Shown: positions 58,118-64,000 of the stretch, piece after piece
How positions within the stretch are numbered: position 1 is the stretch's first letter
Layout of the letters: the number at the start of each line of letters is the position of its first letter
Assembly: GCA_049241265.1 (NCBI GenBank)
Contig: JBMLRA010000296.1
Span: forward strand, 4,238 to 68,237
Length of the DNA stretch: 64,000 nt
From: Chitinophagaceae bacterium
Lineage (GTDB): Bacteria > Bacteroidota > Bacteroidia > Chitinophagales > Chitinophagaceae
Direction: 5' to 3'
The notes under the pieces: generated by a model
The model's input: the letters and a program-made list of their open reading frames with translations, nothing else
Database searches by the model: none
Told to the model about the DNA's origin: nothing
Position numbers and translations under genes: made by a program

Positions 58118-58336
58118 ATGAAAAAAGTATTAGCGTTAATCGCAATCGTAGGATTTGTAGCTTGTAACAATGCAGAGGCTGATGCCGCAAAAGCAGTAGC
58201 TGATTCAACTGCAAAAGCAAATGCTGAAAAAGCAACTGCTGATTCTTTAGCTGCTTTAGCTCCTAAAGTTGATACAACTAAAAAAGATACAACTACAGCT
58301 GCTCCTGCTGCTCCAGTTGAAGCTCCAAAACACTAA
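58118..58336 (+). CDS. Small (72 aa) Ala/Lys/Thr-rich lipoprotein
   Basis: MKKVLALIAIVGFVAC signal with a lipobox Cys, then a low-complexity AEADAAKAVADSTAKANAEKATADS...AAPAAPVEAPKH. It is divergent from the sigma gene. Confidence 0.55.
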   Translation: MKKVLALIAIVGFVACNNAEADAAKAVADSTAKANAEKATADSLAALAPKVDTTKKDTTTAAPAAPVEAPKH

Positions 58337-58411
58337 TTAATTCAGTTTCTAAACGGTTTTGATTGCACCGATAGAAACTTTAAGAATTTCATATGGCAAG
58401 CAATCGTTAGA

Positions 58412-58446
58412 GGCCGTCCTATTTCTATAGGATGGCTATTTTTTTG
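58412..58446 (+). terminator. Rho-independent terminator
   Basis: Stem GGCCGTCCTAT / ATAGGATGGCT (one G-U pair), 4-nt loop, then a run of 7 or more T. Confidence 0.7.
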
Positions 58447-58520
58447 CATTTAATCATTTGCAAAATGCAACGCAAAAACCTATACTCTTAATTTCGCAAA
58501 TTAAATTAATATTATTAAAA

Positions 58521-59000
58521 ATGGCTGAAGATTTATCAATATCAAAAGGAACTAAAGAAGAACAATACATCTCACTAATACCCCAAATTAAGGGATTATT
58601 ATCAGGCGAAAATGATCTAATTGCAAATATTGCTAATATTACTGCAGCATTGAAAGAGCAATTTAATTGGCTTTGGGTTGGGTTTTATTTGGTAAAAAAT
58701 AATGAACTTGTACTTGCACCTTTTCAAGGACCTGTTGCATGTACAAGAATAAAAAAAGGTAGAGGAGTTTGTGGGGCAGCTTGGGAGCAGGAAACTACTT
58801 TAATGGTTCCAGATGTTGAAAAATTTCCAGGACATATTGCTTGCAGTAGTTTATCAAAAAGTGAAATTGTAATACCAATTTTCCATCAAAATAATGTGGT
58901 GGCTATACTTGATGTAGACAGTGTGAATTACAATGAATTCAATGAAATCGACAAACAATATCTTGAGGAAATAGTTAAGTTGATTATTTGGGAATATTAA
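58521..59000 (+). CDS. GAF-domain free methionine-(R)-sulfoxide reductase (YebR/MsrC-like)
   Basis: NWLWVGFYLV...LVLAPFQGPVACTRIKKGRGVCGAAW and HIACSSLSKSEIVIPI match the fRMsr pattern. The ATG at 58521 is preferred over the TTG at 58458. Confidence 0.8.
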   Translation: MAEDLSISKGTKEEQYISLIPQIKGLLSGENDLIANIANITAALKEQFNWLWVGFYLVKNNELVLAPFQGPVACTRIKKGRGVCGAAWEQETTLMVPDVEKFPGHIACSSLSKSEIVIPIFHQNNVVAILDVDSVNYNEFNEIDKQYLEEIVKLIIWEY

Positions 59001-60484
59001 TTTATTCCAGTAATATTTTTTGTATTCTCTAATTTATACAATGGTTTGCTGGCATTCAGTTTTAATTTAGAGCAGTCAATATCTTGGGCAAAATTAGCTA
59101 CAAAACCCTTTTTTGCAGTAATATTTACATTATCGAAATAAATATTGTGTACTGGCATTTCTGGTAATCCATTAATATAAATTGCAGTTGCAGCACCTTC
59201 GCAAGTAATATTGCTTAAGTAAAAATTTGTAAATTCTGGAATTTTATCCTTAGCTGTTGTTACAACTTTATCTTTTCCAGCAACTACATCCTCATAGTAG
59301 GTATCAAAGGAAATAGCTTCATTTACAATATTGCTCATCTTAATGTTATCGCAATAAATATTCTGCACTTTACCACCTCTACCAGCGTTGCTTTTTACAC
59401 GAATACCAATATCACTACCTATAAAGTTACAATTTGTAACATAAATATTTTTCATTCCACCATCAGTATTACTTCCAATTACAAAACCCCCATGAGCTCT
59501 ATAAACAGTGCATTCTGCTATTAAAATATTCTCTAAATTAGCATCATCTGTGCCACCATTTTTTCCACTGCTCTTCATACAAATGCCATCATCACCAACA
59601 CTAACTGTTGTGTTGTAAATCACCACATTTTTAGATGCACTAATATCAATCCCATCTCCATTTTGAGCCCACCAATCGTTAAAAATATTTGCTCCATCAA
59701 TTGTTAAATTATTGCACCTACTTGGGTAAAAAACAAATTTTGGTGAATTTCTAATGGTAACACCTTGTATAAGTATGTTTTTACAACCTACGAAATAAAC
59801 CATATGAGGTCTTAAAAAATCTCGTGCAGGTAAATAATCCTCGGCCGTTAATGTTCCTTTTTCTTTTTTTGCATTTTTCAAATAATCTTCACCATTCATA
59901 GCTTCTTTTGTTGGCCACCAAATTTTGCCATCATTACTAAGAACCCCAGTTTTATTTAATTCTGCCCATACACCTACAGAAACTTTACTTTTTTTTACTT
60001 GTCTCCAACTGTCCCCAGCACCATCAATAATACCTTCACCGGTAATGGCAATATTTTCAGCATCATAAGAGTAAATTGGTGAAGCTGGTGTATAACTTGT
60101 ACTTGTGCCTCCAGCTTTTATTATTGGATATTGTGTATGATCTGTCGTAAACTGTATAACTGCTCCTTTATCTAAACGTAAATTCACATTACTTTTTAGT
60201 TCAATGGGTGCTGTTAGCCAAGTTCCTTCATTTACCAAAACTATGCCTCCACCACTTTTATTACATTCAATAATTGCTTTTGCGAATGCCTGAGTATTTA
60301 AAGTTTTTCCATCAGGAATTGCACCAAAATCTTTTATATTAAAAGTTTTATTGCTAAACTTTGGTTGCTCAACTTTTGGCATTGCAAAAGGAGCTTGTTT
60401 AGTATAATATTCTATACTATTTTTTTGAGAAAACGATATTATTGCTATTAATAAAGATAAGAGAGATAAAATTTTTCTTTTCAT
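58997..60484 (-). CDS. Glycoside hydrolase family 28 (polygalacturonase-like), secreted
   Basis: Signal peptide and the GH28 motif series QNGDGIDI, VGDDGICMKS, AHGGFVIGS and GIRVKS on a parallel beta-helix-like repeat. Confidence 0.85.
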   Translation of the reverse strand: MKRKILSLLSLLIAIISFSQKNSIEYYTKQAPFAMPKVEQPKFSNKTFNIKDFGAIPDGKTLNTQAFAKAIIECNKSGGGIVLVNEGTWLTAPIELKSNVNLRLDKGAVIQFTTDHTQYPIIKAGGTSTSYTPASPIYSYDAENIAITGEGIIDGAGDSWRQVKKSKVSVGVWAELNKTGVLSNDGKIWWPTKEAMNGEDYLKNAKKEKGTLTAEDYLPARDFLRPHMVYFVGCKNILIQGVTIRNSPKFVFYPSRCNNLTIDGANIFNDWWAQNGDGIDISASKNVVIYNTTVSVGDDGICMKSSGKNGGTDDANLENILIAECTVYRAHGGFVIGSNTDGGMKNIYVTNCNFIGSDIGIRVKSNAGRGGKVQNIYCDNIKMSNIVNEAISFDTYYEDVVAGKDKVVTTAKDKIPEFTNFYLSNITCEGAATAIYINGLPEMPVHNIYFDNVNITAKKGFVANFAQDIDCSKLKLNASKPLYKLENTKNITGIN

Positions 60485-60710
60485 ATAGTGATGTTTACCA
60501 AATCAAAAATAAGTGAAGTTGTTTTTTTGATATTGCATAATGCGAAAACGATGCCAATTTTATTGAAAAATAAATATTTTATTAATGTAGCTGAAATATA
60601 AAGTCGCCAACTAAAGCATTTACATAACTAGTTATACACCATAAAATAACAACCAATTGCAATTACTGTTTCAAATATATATTTGAACCCAATTAATTGC
60701 ACGAATTTCT

Positions 60711-62189
60711 GTGATAGATTTTACAGCATTTTTTAATCAATTTCTTTACAATAAAGACAATCCCCTGCTTTTTAGTAGTGGCTTTTTTGTATATTTTTTT
60801 GCTGCATTCATTAGCAGTTATTATGCATTTAAGAATAATTACAAAATTAGAACTTGGTTATTTTGTTTGTTTTCATTGTATTTTTTTTACAAATCAAGTG
60901 GAGCATTTGTTCTACTAGTTATAGCGTCGGCAATTGTTGATTTTTTTATTGGAAATTTAATTTATGAAATACCAAGTAAAAAAAGTAAGAAAATTTTATT
61001 ATGGGTGGGTTTAAGTTTTAATATCGGTCTGTTAATTTACTTCAAATACTTCAATTTTATATTAAACACTTACAATGATTTTATAGGTAATAATATTAAG
61101 CCACTTGAGGTTACAACACTTATTGGCATATCGTTTTACACTTTTGAAAGCATTAGCTATATGATTGATGTTTATCAAAGAAAAATATTACCTGCAAGGC
61201 GTTTTATCGACTATTTATTGTTTCTTTCTTTTTTTCCAAAATTAGTAATGGGTCCAATTGTTAGGGCTGCTGACTTTTTACCACAAATAAGTAAACCTTA
61301 TTACGTTAGCGAAGACGATTTTAGTAAAGGATTTTATTTAATTATTACGGGCTTATTTAAAAAACTTATTATATCAGACTACATATCGGCAAACTTTGTT
61401 AATTATGTATTTGATGAACCAACAAGGTACAGTGGCTTGGAGTGTTTAATAGCAACTTACGGATTTGCTGTTGTTATTTACTGCGATTTTAGTGGTTATA
61501 CCAATATTGCAATAGGTTTAGCAAAATGGTTAGGTTTTAATATTCCTGATAATTTCAATCTGCCATATAAAAGTAAGGATATCACGGAATTTTGGAAGCG
61601 TTGGCACATTTCTCTTTCTAGTTGGTTAAAAGATTATATTTATATACCACTAGGAGGCAATAGAAAAGGAACATTAAGAAAATACTATAACCTTATAATA
61701 ACAATGCTTATTGGGGGTTTGTGGCACGGTGCTAATTTTACTTACATTATATGGGGTATAATGCATGGTGTTGCACTTGCATTACACAAATTATGGATTG
61801 GCAAGTCGAAATATGTACTAAGTAATTTTAGAACAACGAAATTGTATAACGCATTTGCTGCTTTTATTACATTCCAGTTTGTTTGTATTACGTGGATATT
61901 TTTTCGCTCTGAAAATATTAGTAAAGCTAAAGCAATGTTTGGACAAATTAAACATCAATTTGCACTTAATAAATTAGGGGAGTTTTGGTTAAATTACCAA
62001 GCAGTTATACTTATGATATTATTGGGGTTAATCTTTCATTTATTCCCTAAACTGTTTTCTGAAAAAATAACAAGCAACTTAAAAAAAGAAGGTATTTTAG
62101 GATATTTATTTGTGTTTATTGTATTTGTTTTAGTATATGGTTATTTCAAATCGGCAGAACCTATTTTACCAATTTATTTACAGTTTTAA
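60711..62189 (+). CDS. MBOAT family O-acyltransferase (AlgI/DltB-like)
   Basis: 492 aa and multi-TM. It has FWKRWHISLSSWLKDYIYIPLGGNR and the catalytic His region GGLWHGANF. It uses a GTG start. Confidence 0.88.
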   Translation: MIDFTAFFNQFLYNKDNPLLFSSGFFVYFFAAFISSYYAFKNNYKIRTWLFCLFSLYFFYKSSGAFVLLVIASAIVDFFIGNLIYEIPSKKSKKILLWVGLSFNIGLLIYFKYFNFILNTYNDFIGNNIKPLEVTTLIGISFYTFESISYMIDVYQRKILPARRFIDYLLFLSFFPKLVMGPIVRAADFLPQISKPYYVSEDDFSKGFYLIITGLFKKLIISDYISANFVNYVFDEPTRYSGLECLIATYGFAVVIYCDFSGYTNIAIGLAKWLGFNIPDNFNLPYKSKDITEFWKRWHISLSSWLKDYIYIPLGGNRKGTLRKYYNLIITMLIGGLWHGANFTYIIWGIMHGVALALHKLWIGKSKYVLSNFRTTKLYNAFAAFITFQFVCITWIFFRSENISKAKAMFGQIKHQFALNKLGEFWLNYQAVILMILLGLIFHLFPKLFSEKITSNLKKEGILGYLFVFIVFVLVYGYFKSAEPILPIYLQF

Positions 62190-62683
62190 AATAAGGTTTG
62201 AATTCCGTGAGTTGTTCTAAACTCTAGCTGTAACAACCATTTTTTTCGCCATAAACCACCTGCATAACCAACTAATTTTTTGTCCGTACCAATAACTCTA
62301 TGGCAAGGTACAATGATTCCAATTTTGTTTCTACCGTTTGTAGATGCTGCGGCTCTAATGACTTTTTCATCGCCCATTTTTTTGGCTAGGTCTAAATAAC
62401 TAATTGTTTTTCCATAATGAATTTCAGTTAATTTACTCCATACTTTTTTTTGAAACTCTGTTCCCTCTTGATGAATTGGAATATCGAAGGTTTTTCTTTT
62501 CCCTTGAAAAAATTCAATTAGTTGCTCTGTGCATTGATGAATTACATCGCTAATTCCAGGTTCACCGTATTGGATGTTTTTGTTATCATCAACAAACATA
62601 ACCTCCGAAATATAAGTTTCGGTTCCTCCAATTCTTATTAAGCCAATTGGACTTTCGTAATATGAGTAGTAATTTTCAGACAT
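62186..62683 (-). CDS. ogt: Methylated-DNA--protein-cysteine methyltransferase
   Basis: Active site IIVPCHRVIG, a helix-turn-helix (GKTISYLDLA) and the Asn hinge. Confidence 0.93.
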   Translation of the reverse strand: MSENYYSYYESPIGLIRIGGTETYISEVMFVDDNKNIQYGEPGISDVIHQCTEQLIEFFQGKRKTFDIPIHQEGTEFQKKVWSKLTEIHYGKTISYLDLAKKMGDEKVIRAAASTNGRNKIGIIVPCHRVIGTDKKLVGYAGGLWRKKWLLQLEFRTTHGIQTLF

Positions 62684-63029
62684 TTAAATAATCATTGCTA
62701 CTAAATAAACGAAATAAAATGTATTTAGGTATATTAAAAATTCTACCTATCTAAAATTTTTAGTTGATAGAAGTTAGGCGAGTGATATTTTATTATAAAA
62801 TGAATGCTGTGTGGTTTAATTCGTGGTGTTTTATTTCATTGCAACTATTATTAAAATAAAGATTCATTAAGAAAATAATAATGGCAAGTTCAAAACTTTG
62901 TATTGCCGTATTTTTTATTAATGCCTTTTAAAAATTGTATTTATATAAATAATTATGTGACCGTCTAAAAAGTAAAACGAAGAATTTGAGAATTGGTTCT
63001 ACGAAAAATTTCTTCATCACCTCTCCAAA

Positions 63030-63066
63030 TAAAAAGAGGCTGCCTCAGAGTTTTGAGACAGCCTCT
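63030..63066 (-). terminator. Rho-independent terminator, probably ending the radical SAM transcription unit
   Basis: AGAGGCTGCCTCA / TGAGACAGCCTCT is a 13-bp stem with one mismatch and a 7-nt loop. The A-run on the plus strand is a U-run on the minus transcript. Confidence 0.6.
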
Positions 63067-63324
63067 CTAAACAGATATATGGTGAGAAATTGTTTAGTAA
63101 TTATTTCTTTTCAAAAGGTTTACGTTTAACTCTATGCTAATTGTAAACGGAAAATTATTCTTTGAATTTTTTATCGAATGCTTCCAAAGCTTTTAAAGTC
63201 GATAATTCATCAATATTGGCTTTTAGTTTTGCTAAATTTTGAAGTACTTGTTTTTTTGTTCGCCGTAACCTTTTAATGCGAGGGAACTGATATTATGTAT
63301 TTCTGATGAGTAATTAGTTAAATA

Positions 63325-64000
63325 TTAATGAGCAAAATCAACATCGTAGTTTCCTTTAATTCTTTCGATAGGTGGATTAAAATAACCAAATTTTAAATTG
63401 GGGAATTCCTCTTTTATCAATTCCATCATTTGACCAATACCAAGCATTTCTGGAGTTTCAGTAATGCCTATTTTACCCAAATACCAATCAGGGTCAATAT
63501 TAAAATTTCTCCATTGAATCATACATAAATCTGTTTCAATAATAAGCTTTCGTAAAGCTTCATATTCCTCAACAGTATCAGTCATTCCAGGAAAAACAAA
63601 ATAATTAATGCTCGTCCAAGCACCATAACTTCTTGCTACTTTTAAACTCTCGATTAAATCTTCGAATTGATAATTATTAGGGCGATAATAAGGTGTATAA
63701 ATAGATTTTTGTGCAGAGTTGGTACTAACCCTTATACTATTTAAACCAGCTTCACAAAGGGCTTTCACTGCATCTGGCTTGCTACCATTTGTATTAATAT
63801 TGATACTTCCTTTATCAGTATGCTTTCTAATTTCTAGAATAGACTCTTTAATGGTTTCCCACATTAATAATGGTTCTCCTTCACAACCTTGCCCAAAACT
63901 AACTAATGGAAAAGGTGCATTCATTAAATGTGGTACTGTAAACTCAACAATCTCCTCAGCAGTTGGTTTAAATGTTAATCTATCTTGTGTAGAAACAATT
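63325..64000 (-). CDS. Radical SAM-like protein, 5' end beyond the right edge of the window
   Basis: The frame is open upstream of the track Met to base 63999 (..IVSTQDRLTFKPTAEEIVEFTVPHLMNAPFP..). It has the GxxGEPLL-type motif GQGCEGEPLL and the NTNG motif. The CxxxCxxC cluster would lie outside the window. Confidence 0.6.
   Translation of the reverse strand, partial: IVSTQDRLTFKPTAEEIVEFTVPHLMNAPFPLVSFGQGCEGEPLLMWETIKESILEIRKHTDKGSININTNGSKPDAVKALCEAGLNSIRVSTNSAQKSIYTPYYRPNNYQFEDLIESLKVARSYGAWTSINYFVFPGMTDTVEEYEALRKLIIETDLCMIQWRNFNIDPDWYLGKIGITETPEMLGIGQMMELIKEEFPNLKFGYFNPPIERIKGNYDVDFAH

Noticed and set aside
63158-63313. Possible RiPP precursor peptide next to the radical SAM gene
   Set aside because: The 52-codon frame has no ATG or GTG start and no Cys/Ser/Thr-rich core. 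It is Lys/Leu-rich and helical-looking. The radical SAM gene shows no SPASM-type Cys cluster in the visible C-terminal part.
1-64000. CRISPR arrays, tRNA/rRNA genes, IS elements, integrases, prophage or toxin-antitoxin/defence gene signatures
   Set aside because: I scanned both strands by eye for spaced direct repeats, tRNA T-arm-like GGTTCGAATCC-type words, and transposase, integrase or nuclease motifs in the translations. None were found. A computational scan (tRNAscan, Infernal, a CRISPR finder) would be needed to be certain.

Overview
AT-rich, densely coding chromosomal segment with clear Bacteroidota hallmarks: two large proteins ending in T9SS (Por) C-terminal sorting domains, TAnnTTTG-type -7 promoter boxes, bshB1, and many lipoproteins. 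I count about 60 CDS, mostly housekeeping: frr, trxB, lgt, fabD, glyQS, galE, cmk, purE, folC, folE, ugd, clpP, ogt and E1-beta. I saw no rRNA, tRNA, CRISPR array, transposase, integrase or phage gene, and no obvious defence island. Two genes run off the window edges and are absent from the ORF track: an ABC-F ATPase at 1..1731 (-) and a radical SAM protein at 63325..64000 (-). Accessory or less ordinary content includes a selU-selD selenium-utilisation pair and a five-gene translationally coupled SpoIIM-like/DUF4129/DUF4350/MoxR/DUF58 operon. There are also tandem clpP paralogs without clpX, and an S8 protease and a BNR-like protein that share a roughly 250-aa C-terminal cassette. Further items are two tandem PKD lipoprotein paralogs, a sphingomyelin-synthase-like PAP2 membrane protein, and an ECF sigma factor paired with an anti-sigma whose outer domain is an intact trypsin-fold protease. 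I found no unambiguous novel system. The best candidates for follow-up are the sigma/anti-sigma-protease module, the MoxR operon, the clpP pair and the shared T9SS cassette. All calls rest on reading motifs in the translations. No database search was run, and all identities quoted are hand counts.
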